DNA of 64,000 nucleotides from the IMG/VR virus record IMGVR_UViG_3300012931_000759, positions 124,001 through 188,000 of that record; one strand, given 5' to 3'. Positions 50,026 to 59,016 of this stretch are shown piece after piece; position 1 is the first letter of the stretch; each line of letters starts with the position of its first letter. The notes below the pieces were generated by a model that saw only the letters and a list, made by a program, of their open reading frames with translations, was not told the origin of the DNA and ran no database searches. The position numbers were made by a program, and so were the translations under genes.

Positions 50026-53000
50026 GTGGTGCTGATGGTCAGCCTTCGTAGACGAATCCTCATGCTGGTGGCCCCGAAAGGGTTCTTTGAACCCGAATAT
50101 TCGGCATCACGTGCCGTGTTTGCCGATAGGGGCATCGATGTGGCCGTGGCCACGGCCGGTAAGTCGGCTGTGAGTGCGCAGGGCACAACCATCAGGGTCG
50201 ACCTTGACGTAGCGGACGCTGACGCAAAGGACTTCGACGCACTGTTTGTGGTCGGCGGCAAAGGTATGATCGAGTTTTCGGACGACAAGGCCGCTAAGCG
50301 CATCCTGCGCAAGTTTGTGCGCGTCGGCAAGCCGGTAGCCATGATCTGTCACGCCCCGCTCTTGGCGGCAAAGGCGAAGGTTGCTGCCGGTCGGCAGATG
50401 ACCGGATGGCCAGAGATCCGTCCCGATATGGTGGCCTCCGGAGCCAAGTGGACCGGCATGCCGGTGGAGCGGGACGGCGATCTGTTTACAGCCGTGGGAC
50501 CGGAGGATGCCGAATCCCTCGCCGACATCCTGGTCCGGCGGATGGATGGTGCCCCGACGCTCTCCGAGGCAATGTTAGATGACAACGCCGCCATGCGCAA
50601 ATTGGCGCGCCTGTGGCGCGCCGCAGCAAGGCTCGACAAGCCGATGACGGACGAGGAGGCCGAGCGCTGGTTGACGGAGTTTGAGCGCAGGGACGAGGGC
50701 GAGGAGGAGCCACCTTCTGAACCTACCACTCCCAAGCCGGTTCTAGCACCCGCGCCGAAATCGGTCCCGGCGCTCGCCGCCAAACCCAAACCTGAACCAG
50801 AGTTTACGCCCGACCCAGAGAGGCGCGATCAGATCACACATAAGCCGAAAAACGAATGGAATATTGTGGTGGAGCTTCGGCCACCCCGCACAGACGGCGG
50901 CTGGCCGGAACTTCCCGAGACCCCTCCAGTCGGATTCCCGTTCCCAGCTGAGGCGCTGAAGGACAGCCCTTCCATCAGGGCGCTATTCCAGAAGCCTGAG
51001 ACCTGGCGCGCACTCAAAGAGATTGCCGCCAATCCCAACAAGAGTGGTACAATACAGTCATACCTCGTGCCGACGCTAGTGCTCGTTATCGGCAAGGCCT
51101 GGTGGGAGATCAACAAGCGTCGCAAGCAGCTCGGCAACGCGCCGTTCGGCCTTTTCTCGTCCGACGAGTACAAGACCATACAGGACGCCAATGTCCCCAT
51201 GGAGGAGACGCAGATTGGACGGGCCTTCATTGCGCTGATCAACTGGCAGGTTACCAAGATACTCCAGTTCTACCTCGCCACCGGCAAGATCGAGAATGCT
51301 CGGCTGGATGGCTATATCTATGACGCCCTGAACAAGCACATGGTGAACGATGCGGGCAAGCGGCACGGATTCGAACCCAAGCGCCAGCCCGCCTGTGCCT
51401 ACTGTCGCAGCAAGCGCGTCATAGAGACGACGCCTCCGTTCCTTTCGCAGATCGGGACGCACACTGTCCAGGAAAGGAATCTGACGCGAAGCCGTCCCCT
51501 GTTCAAGTGCCCAACCTGCGAGGATCTGATCGAGACCAAGGAACAGGAGCTTCGCCTGAAGGAACAGGGTGTCCGCAACGCGGAAGAGAGTTTGCGCGAT
51601 ATAGCCAAGAATGTCCGGAACACCAAGGACAATCTGACCAAGGATCCGGACAGTGCCGAGCTGAAGCAGCGCCTGGTGAACTATGAGGCTATGTTGGCCA
51701 GCTACCGCCCACAGGTAGAGGAACTTGCCAAGGAGCGCAACACCCTGAAGGGCGAGATCCAGAACAGGCGCAATATGATAGGCGTGCCTTATTCGCATCT
51801 CTCTTGTATTAACGAGGCCTGCCCAGGCGCCGCTATACCCCTCACGTTCGTGGACTGGGACAACTCTTTCTGGAAGACGCCTGCTGGAGATGTGGCCAGG
51901 CGTGACCTAGCCAGCTTCTACCACATCGAGAAGAGTCCCGAAGGTCAGAAGGCTGAGGATGCGCCACAGGAAAGCGTTCAGCCTACATCTGAGCGCGCCG
52001 GGAAAAAACCGCCCCCGTGGATGTGGCACATTCCGTTCCGCTGCCCGTTTGATGGGCTTGTTTTCACGCCGCATGAGGCATTCGGGAAGGGGCGTGTCGG
52101 CGAGGACGGGACAAGACTTGGTGGCTTGTTTGTTAACCCGCCTCGCGCCACTAGGTGGTGGAAGCCGATGTCTCTCGAGCAGCAGCGGATGCCCGATGAC
52201 GAGGGCCAGAAGCAGCGCATCGAGGAGATCCGGTCGTTGACCGGTATCGAAACCACCACGGACTCGCCGGATTTCCTGCGCTCTCAGGAGATGAAACAGG
52301 AGAACGCCTGGCTGGCGGACCGCCTGCGCGAGGATATCCTCCGGCAGAGGGAAAATTTTATGAAAGAGCGCGGAACGCTTGAGGGCCATCGCGAGGTCAA
52401 GCTCCGCAGGACTATGTTCGACGCTTTGCTTGAATGGGCATATCTACATCCCATACATCTTGTGGCATTCTATAGCGCGCGTTCCCAGGCTACACAGAAG
52501 CCGCAGACGCACGTGCCAGTCGGCACCGAGCCAGTTGTGGACGGAAAGAGTGGGGAAGTCAAGGAGCATCTCGACGAAAAGAACATTAAGATGTCCCCAA
52601 AGCAGGCCGAGCGGATCATCTCCGCAATCATACAGGTGTGGTTCGAGAAGATGCTGGCCGAGAAGGATGGGCTGACCATCCTCAAAGGTAGGCCGGGCAA
52701 AGGGCGTTCAGGCAAGCTCACGGGACAGGGCAACTACCTGGCCATCAAGGAAGTCGACGGCGTAGAGCCGGACGGCTTTTTTGTCACGACGGTACAGCGA
52801 GCGTTGGACGGGCAGCTCGAAGCGCTTTGTAATCTCCGCACAACCAGCCCTAAGACTCGCGGGGCCGGATACTACCCCGCTCCATGGATGGCGCTTGTAC
52901 AGGGTATCTGGGACTACGACGGCCCAGCCGAGCGAATGGGTATCTCTATGCCCCTCGTGGAGGGGCAGAAGCTGGTCGCGGGCAAGAGAAGCCATCTCCA

Positions 53001-55344
53001 CGAAATGGAGACCCACAACAGCCATGGCATCCGATTCGACCCCGAAACGACGCTGAAGGAGGGGGATCGCATTGTTGTGAAGGCCCTGCTGATGCCGCGT
53101 AACTCCTCCTGGCCTCCCAATAAGTTCGTTAGCCATATCCGGCAAGGTCTGAAGTGGGACATCGGCGATGCCAAGGTCTACTACTCGGCGCTGCGCCGCC
53201 GCCAGAAACCTAAACCCTCGGACGAGCAGGTTATGGCCTTCTGGACGAAAAAGATGCAAGAAGCCAACATGACCGAGAAACTTGAGAAGTTTTATGAGAC
53301 GGTATACGACAGGCTGCGCCACAAGGAGGACCTCTCGGCTTTCGAGATAAGGCTGTTGGAGCAGTTTGAGCAAGCCAAGGAACAGGAGGCGTCCGACACC
53401 ATGGTTTCCGAAGCCAAGGATCCCCTCGCAAAATACCAGGGCAAGCGCGAATTCGACAAGACCACGGAGCCGAAAGGTAAGGAGTCGGAGGGTGGGAACA
53501 GGTACCGCTTTGTCATCCAACTACACCATGCCAAGAAAGCGGGTGACCATTACGATTTACGCCTAGAGAACGACGAGGGCGCATTGTCGTCGTGGAGTAT
53601 CCCGAAGCACCGGCTACCCAAGGGCAAGGAGAAGTTGCTCGCTGTCAGGACCGAAGACCATCCGGTCGAATACCTGAAGTTCAAGGGCGAAATCCCGGCG
53701 GGCGAGTATGGGGTCGGCACGATGGAGATCCACGACTCGGGAACCTACGAGGAGATCGAGGCCGGCAAGACCAAGATCGTCTTCTGCTTGAAGGGAAAGA
53801 AGGAGAAGGGGGCCTACAAGTTATTCCGGGCAGGCGAGGGAAACAAATGGATGGTGATGGAACATACAGAAAATAAACAGGAAAAGAAAGAGGCAGCCTG
53901 TGGCTCGAGTGTAACTCTATTCTCCAAACGAATTGGCAGTGTTCCGTTGTCAAAGATGGCGGCGCACAGTGGTGCGATGTTGGCTCTCATGGCTCCGTCG
54001 GCCATTGCCAGGAAGATGCGCAAGGCCAAGATGGTAGAGGACGAAGATCTGTCTGATACCCTTCACATGACTCTGTTGTACCTCGGGAAAGCTGCTGACC
54101 TCAGCAAAGAGACGCTGGAAGCAGTCCGGAAGGCGGCAGAGAAGGTGTGCGAGCGGCACGACCCGCTAAAGATGGGTGTTTCGGGTGCCGGGACATTCAC
54201 TCCGGAAGAAGATGGCACTCCGGTATACGTGGTACCTAATGCGAAGGGATTGAGCGCTCTACAGGCCGACCTGGAGAATGTTATCGGCAGCATCGTCGAC
54301 CTGCCCTCTGAGCACGGCTGGGTTCCGCATATGACTGTATGCTACTGCCGCGACGGGAAACCGGAACTCCCAGACCTGACGGAGAAACTGGAGTGGACCG
54401 CTGATAAGGTGCGTCTACAGGCTGGTGACGAGAAGATCGCGGACATTCCCATTGGCCGCAGGAAAAAGGGTGGAAGCGAGCTTCCGCTGTCCAGGCGGGC
54501 TGCGCTGGAGCGGTTGCCGATAGCCGCTGATCCTGTAATGTGGACGGATGAACAGTTGGTGGAAGCCGTCCGTCGACCGGAACTGTTCGGAAACGACAAA
54601 GATCGGTATCGGGCAGCAGTCGAACAGTTGGCCAAACGCGGTCTGGTGAAAAAGGTGGAGCCAACAGACATCGGCGAATGGCGTGAGCGCGGTTGGTGGC
54701 TACTAATGTGGGCGGGGATCCCACTCGCTTTCTACAACAACGATGCTGCTGCCAGTATGGCTAAACGGCTGCTCGCAGAGGATTTCGCCAAGGACGGCAC
54801 GCAGCCTATTGCTGCGCGTAAGTTTGATCCGATCCATTCCCGTCTGCGTTGGCAACTCGACGAGGTCATGGATCTGGGCCCGGCCGAGGACTACGAGGAG
54901 GCTGATCACCGGCGCGGTAGGGCAGGAACGGCCGTGGATGAACTGGTTACGCATCCTATGTACGCAAAACGGCGCAGGGAATTCGCCGAGAAGGCATTGA
55001 ACATCGCCAAGGCTCCCGCTGGTTTCAGACCGTTCAAAGAGTCGGTTCCCTCAGGTGCGCGACCAACCGAAACTAACGCTGACGCAGCTGAGGCTCGCAT
55101 CACGGACATGCGGTTCGGTAACACCCTGCCGGAGTTTACTGGACCGCTGGTGGATTCCCAGGAGGCTGCGAAGGACGCCGGTGACGAACTGGTCGAGGAC
55201 ACCGCCAAGAGACTTGCCAAGCGGCTGGAGGCCGAGCGGGCCGGTCTAGATCCTGAAAAACTGGCGGACGACGATGCGCTGGAACTAGCCCTGATCGAGC
55301 CGGACGAGGTTCCGCTCTCGAAGCGGACGGAAACATACCAATAA
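50026..55344 (+). CDS. Mosaic protein: DJ-1/PfpI + multi-zinc-finger domain (paralogue of 10351..12372) + LigD 3'-phosphoesterase + 2H phosphoesterase + unknown domain
   Basis: AMICHAP; FVIQLHHA..HYDLRLE..SWSIPK..AVRTEDHP..Y..F.GEIP.GEYG.G; LHMTL and PHMTV. Confidence 0.85.
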   Translation: MVLMVSLRRRILMLVAPKGFFEPEYSASRAVFADRGIDVAVATAGKSAVSAQGTTIRVDLDVADADAKDFDALFVVGGKGMIEFSDDKAAKRILRKFVRVGKPVAMICHAPLLAAKAKVAAGRQMTGWPEIRPDMVASGAKWTGMPVERDGDLFTAVGPEDAESLADILVRRMDGAPTLSEAMLDDNAAMRKLARLWRAAARLDKPMTDEEAERWLTEFERRDEGEEEPPSEPTTPKPVLAPAPKSVPALAAKPKPEPEFTPDPERRDQITHKPKNEWNIVVELRPPRTDGGWPELPETPPVGFPFPAEALKDSPSIRALFQKPETWRALKEIAANPNKSGTIQSYLVPTLVLVIGKAWWEINKRRKQLGNAPFGLFSSDEYKTIQDANVPMEETQIGRAFIALINWQVTKILQFYLATGKIENARLDGYIYDALNKHMVNDAGKRHGFEPKRQPACAYCRSKRVIETTPPFLSQIGTHTVQERNLTRSRPLFKCPTCEDLIETKEQELRLKEQGVRNAEESLRDIAKNVRNTKDNLTKDPDSAELKQRLVNYEAMLASYRPQVEELAKERNTLKGEIQNRRNMIGVPYSHLSCINEACPGAAIPLTFVDWDNSFWKTPAGDVARRDLASFYHIEKSPEGQKAEDAPQESVQPTSERAGKKPPPWMWHIPFRCPFDGLVFTPHEAFGKGRVGEDGTRLGGLFVNPPRATRWWKPMSLEQQRMPDDEGQKQRIEEIRSLTGIETTTDSPDFLRSQEMKQENAWLADRLREDILRQRENFMKERGTLEGHREVKLRRTMFDALLEWAYLHPIHLVAFYSARSQATQKPQTHVPVGTEPVVDGKSGEVKEHLDEKNIKMSPKQAERIISAIIQVWFEKMLAEKDGLTILKGRPGKGRSGKLTGQGNYLAIKEVDGVEPDGFFVTTVQRALDGQLEALCNLRTTSPKTRGAGYYPAPWMALVQGIWDYDGPAERMGISMPLVEGQKLVAGKRSHLHEMETHNSHGIRFDPETTLKEGDRIVVKALLMPRNSSWPPNKFVSHIRQGLKWDIGDAKVYYSALRRRQKPKPSDEQVMAFWTKKMQEANMTEKLEKFYETVYDRLRHKEDLSAFEIRLLEQFEQAKEQEASDTMVSEAKDPLAKYQGKREFDKTTEPKGKESEGGNRYRFVIQLHHAKKAGDHYDLRLENDEGALSSWSIPKHRLPKGKEKLLAVRTEDHPVEYLKFKGEIPAGEYGVGTMEIHDSGTYEEIEAGKTKIVFCLKGKKEKGAYKLFRAGEGNKWMVMEHTENKQEKKEAACGSSVTLFSKRIGSVPLSKMAAHSGAMLALMAPSAIARKMRKAKMVEDEDLSDTLHMTLLYLGKAADLSKETLEAVRKAAEKVCERHDPLKMGVSGAGTFTPEEDGTPVYVVPNAKGLSALQADLENVIGSIVDLPSEHGWVPHMTVCYCRDGKPELPDLTEKLEWTADKVRLQAGDEKIADIPIGRRKKGGSELPLSRRAALERLPIAADPVMWTDEQLVEAVRRPELFGNDKDRYRAAVEQLAKRGLVKKVEPTDIGEWRERGWWLLMWAGIPLAFYNNDAAASMAKRLLAEDFAKDGTQPIAARKFDPIHSRLRWQLDEVMDLGPAEDYEEADHRRGRAGTAVDELVTHPMYAKRRREFAEKALNIAKAPAGFRPFKESVPSGARPTETNADAAEARITDMRFGNTLPEFTGPLVDSQEAAKDAGDELVEDTAKRLAKRLEAERAGLDPEKLADDDALELALIEPDEVPLSKRTETYQ

Positions 55345-55353
55345 TCCCGTATC
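55336..55353 (+). promoter_or_regulatory. Variant of the candidate promoter motif (TACCAAT-N7-TATC)
   Basis: Same spacing as 7202 and 27891; 17 nt upstream of ATG 55371. Confidence 0.3.
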
Positions 55354-55370
55354 CGTAGGGGTGATCCAAC

Positions 55371-55664
55371 ATGGGCATGGCTGAGTACATCGCGAAGAAA
55401 TTTATGGGCGAAGAAATCTGGGTCGACTTGGACGACGAGGCGGAGACTGTCGTATACAGTGAAGTATGGGCAAAAAATCGCGAAATAATTCGAGGCATTG
55501 TACGCACAGTTGAAGAAGGAGTGCTAGAATTCGAGATTCCCACCGTTGGTGTGATCTATATTAACTGTGACTGTATCAAAGTGCTCTGGAAACCAGGAAT
55601 TGATTGGCGAAAGGCAACAAAAGGATCTTTCACCAATCGTCTCCTTAGTGCCAACAGGCGATAA
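55371..55664 (+). CDS. Small beta-rich protein (possible Sm/LSm-like fold)
   Basis: IRGIVRTVEEGVLEF..VIYINCDCI strand pattern. Confidence 0.6.
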   Translation: MGMAEYIAKKFMGEEIWVDLDDEAETVVYSEVWAKNREIIRGIVRTVEEGVLEFEIPTVGVIYINCDCIKVLWKPGIDWRKATKGSFTNRLLSANRR

Positions 55665-55667
55665 CAA

Positions 55668-56864
55668 ATGTCAAAAAAGAAGGCAACTCCCGATAACAAT
55701 CTACAATCTGTCAATCCTGAATTGGCGAAAGAGTGGCATCCGACCAAGAATGGGAGTCTGAAGCCGACAGAGGTCTTGCCGTATAGCCAAAAGAAAGTCT
55801 GGTGGAGTTGTGTCAAAGGGCACGAATGGTCTGCCGAGATAGGAAGCCGTTCACAAGGGTACAAATGTCCATATTGTTGGGGAAGATTTGCTACGCCCGA
55901 GAACAATCTTGCGATTATACATCCGGAAGTGGCCACAGAATGGCATCCGATGAAAAATGGCACCTTGCGCCCAATCGATGTGACACCATTGTCGAGCAAA
56001 AGGGTGTGGTGGAAATGTACCAATGGGCATGAAAGATGCTCAACGGTAAAAAGTCGTGTGCGCGCTAATGGATGTCCGTGTAAAAAAGGCAGGTTGTTTT
56101 CCCAAGAACACAGTCTCGCCGCACTTTTCCCCAAAGTAGCGAAACAATGGCATCCAACCAAGAATGGCCGCTTGGCGCCCTGCGATGTTGGCCCCAGATC
56201 AAACAAAATTGTATGGTGGATATGTGAACAAGGACATGAATGGAAAACATTCGTATATACGCGGACAGATGGATGGGGGTGTAGGATTTGTAGTGGGCGA
56301 GTGGCAACTTCCGAACACAATCTAGAAATCGCATTTTCTGACATAGCATTACAGTGGTGTTTAGTAAAAAATGGTTCTCTGAAACCTTGCGATGTAACCC
56401 CGCATTCAGGCACAAAAGTGTGGTGGAAATGTATAAACGGGCATGAATGGGAAGCGGCTATCTGTAACAGGACAAGCACCAACAAGACAGGATGTCCATA
56501 TTGTTCCACACGCGTCTCCAAGGGTTGTGTGAAATGGCTTGACAGCATTGGGTTGCCGAACGATAGCCAGCATCGAGAAGTGATATTGAAAGCGGGCAAA
56601 CACTGGTACTGTGTTGATGGGTTTGATAAAGATATAAACACAGTATATGAATATCTTGGAGACTTTTGGCACGGCAATCCTAATAGGTTTAAACCAACTG
56701 GTGTAAATCCACAATGTAAAGAAACATACGGGTCATTGTTGTTAGGAACAGTAGACAAGTTGAATAATATTTACAACGGCGGCTTCAAAATTATATATAA
56801 GTGGGAAAGTGCCGCCAATCATCAGGTATACAAGCCTGGAGTGATAAGCGCATCGGCGCATTGA
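55668..56864 (+). mobile_element. Putative homing endonuclease: four zinc-ribbon (DUF4379-like) repeats plus C-terminal nuclease
   Basis: 4x L...P..A.EWHP.KNG..VWW.C..GHEW..C..C; C-terminal VDG..VYEYLGDFWHG; AT-rich. Confidence 0.75.
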
Positions 56865-56873
56865 GGCGCATCC

Positions 56874-57581
56874 ATGGAGAAGCAGGCTAACATAGTCAAG
56901 ATCGCCTTCATCCGCAAAGTGAAAGGTAAGGGATGGTGCGTTTTTGCCCACCGCAAAACCAAAAGCGGAAAACGCCAGAATTTCGGATGCTACAAATCGA
57001 AGGCGGCCGCGAAAAAACGCCTTGGTCAGATCTATTTCTTCAAGGGTCGCGGAGCTTTGGATGGCATGATCGGCATTGCGGATGACTTGGATCGCAGGGG
57101 ACTTCTCCATTTCGCGGACGCCCTGATGGATAGTCTGGAGCAGATCGTGGCTGCCAGCCTAGGCGAGATATCTGAGCGCCCGGTCTCCGTGACCATCGGC
57201 AAGATCGCCTCACTGCTGGAGAAAAAGGGCGAGGCAGCGCTCGCAGAGCGGCTGGACAGTCTTCTGCCAGCCGTGCTGGATGTGGAGTGTGGCGGAGTTG
57301 ACTGCCCCGACTGCCCGGACATGGTGGTCGAGGCCGATCTCGGCCGCTGCGGCGGCATCACTAGGCAGGTGTCCGCCGACAAGCTGTATGCGATGGCGGC
57401 CCGCTGCCGCCAGATGTACCGCGAGGGCATGATAGACGAGAACAGCTTCGAATACAGGAAGTTCCGTGAGCTGCGCTATATGCTGCGCACTGGTTTCCTG
57501 TTCCCGCCCCCTGAGGGACAGGGCGTCCCAAAGGACGCCGCGAACTGGTGGGACCATTTCGAGAAGGAGGCGGGCGAATGA
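56874..57581 (+). CDS. Hypothetical putative head protein with basic N-terminal module and two helical tags
   Basis: EKQA/VKIA; IRK..GWCVF..NFGCY..AKKRL.QI.FFK; IADDLDRRG, IASLLEKKG. Confidence 0.8.
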   Translation: MEKQANIVKIAFIRKVKGKGWCVFAHRKTKSGKRQNFGCYKSKAAAKKRLGQIYFFKGRGALDGMIGIADDLDRRGLLHFADALMDSLEQIVAASLGEISERPVSVTIGKIASLLEKKGEAALAERLDSLLPAVLDVECGGVDCPDCPDMVVEADLGRCGGITRQVSADKLYAMAARCRQMYREGMIDENSFEYRKFRELRYMLRTGFLFPPPEGQGVPKDAANWWDHFEKEAGE

Positions 57582-58153
57582 GCGGACGACTTTTGAGGCT
57601 GGCCAAGGCCATCGCCGTGATCGATGTCAAGGAGCCGGAGGGCGGCTGCTTTCCCGGTGCCGAGAAGGTTTTAGAAAAGCAGAAAGGTCCCGGCGGCATG
57701 TGGCGCGAGGACGAGTTGCTGGACTATGGGCGCGCCAAAGGCACCGTGCCGGACAAGAAGCCGAAAGATCTCGACCTGAGGGCCGAGGACCTCGCCAACC
57801 GGCTCGAGGAGGCTGTGGCTGCCATTGGCGACTGCGTGGCAATCCTGAAGGAATTGGGAATGGACGAGGGGAAGGCTGGGGACAAAATCCTCTCCATCGT
57901 CCGGGACGAGACGCTCGGACCGGAGAGGATTCCGGGCGGGTTCTCGGAGGGCAAACCGGACTCCGAGTTCGACCCCGACCAGCTGGAGAAGGGCATCAAG
58001 GTCGAATTGGAGCATACGGGCAACATCGGGGTCGCAAAAGAGGTCTCCAAAGACCATCTTTGCGAAAACAAGCGTTATTACGATTACTTAGAAGAAATGG
58101 AAGAAAAAGCCGAAAAGAAGGGCGATTCGTGTAGGTTGGCGGATCAAACATGA
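57578..58153 (+). CDS. Hypothetical protein with C-terminal DUF5661-like domain
   Basis: FDPDQLEKGIKVELEHT..AKE..KDHL.E..RYY; AAGGAGG and ATGA overlap at 57578. Confidence 0.7.
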   Translation: MSGRLLRLAKAIAVIDVKEPEGGCFPGAEKVLEKQKGPGGMWREDELLDYGRAKGTVPDKKPKDLDLRAEDLANRLEEAVAAIGDCVAILKELGMDEGKAGDKILSIVRDETLGPERIPGGFSEGKPDSEFDPDQLEKGIKVELEHTGNIGVAKEVSKDHLCENKRYYDYLEEMEEKAEKKGDSCRLADQT

Positions 58154-59016
58154 ATCTGTGTCAATGTGGCTGCGGCGCCCTCGTTGAGAAGCGTTACAAA
58201 AAAGGTCATGGGCGGCGTGGCAAAACAAATACTCCAGAACACAATCAGAAAATAGGTCTGGCCAATTCTGGTAGGAAACACACGCGAGTTGGTACAACCA
58301 GCGAATACAAAGCTGTTCCTGATTCTTTCCTCCAAAACCAACAGGTTGGTCGTCGTCTGTCCGAAGAAACAAAGGCGAAAATGAGTCGCATCGCCAAAGA
58401 AAAGGGTTTTGGAAAATGGATGGTCGGCAGAAAACGATCTGAGGAAAGTATCAAAAAAGGAGCAGACAAGGTAAAAGGACACGAAGTGTCCTCCGATACG
58501 CGCAAAAAGATCTCCGATGCCAACGGTGGTCAGAACAACGGTATGTTTGGGAAACGTCACACAGAGGAAGCGAAAACGAAAATTGCTGAAGCCGCTGCTG
58601 CTATGTGGGAAAACCCGGAAATCAGAGCACAACTGCTTGAGGCGTTCAATGCTCCAGAACATATCGAAATGCTGCGCCAGAGAAGGGCCAATATGGTGTT
58701 GCCCGTCAAGGACACAACCATTGAGGTGATCGTGCGCGGATTCTTGGACGCTTTGGGTGTTCTGTATCAACAGCACAAGATGATCAAGGACATAGAGCAC
58801 AGATATCAATGCGATTTTTATGTAGAGGCTCATGGGCTGGTCATAGAATGCGATGGCGATTACTGGCATCAGTATCCACATGGCCGCGACATAGACCGCG
58901 CGCGAACCTTTGAGATGGAACAGCAGGGATATAAAGTATTGCGACTGTGGGAGCACTCCATTCGCAAAATGTCCTGCGATGATTTTCGTCTGGTATTAGA
59001 AAAGGTGGTCAGATGA
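58150..59016 (+). mobile_element. Putative homing endonuclease: NUMOD3 repeats + Vsr/DUF559-like nuclease
   Basis: CQCGCG, SEETKAKMS-type repeats, CDFY..IECDGDYWH, GYKVLRLWE. Confidence 0.8.

Noticed and set aside
46084-55344. Ku gene accompanying the LigD domains
   Set aside because: No Ku-like ORF is recognisable in this window; it may lie elsewhere or be host-supplied.
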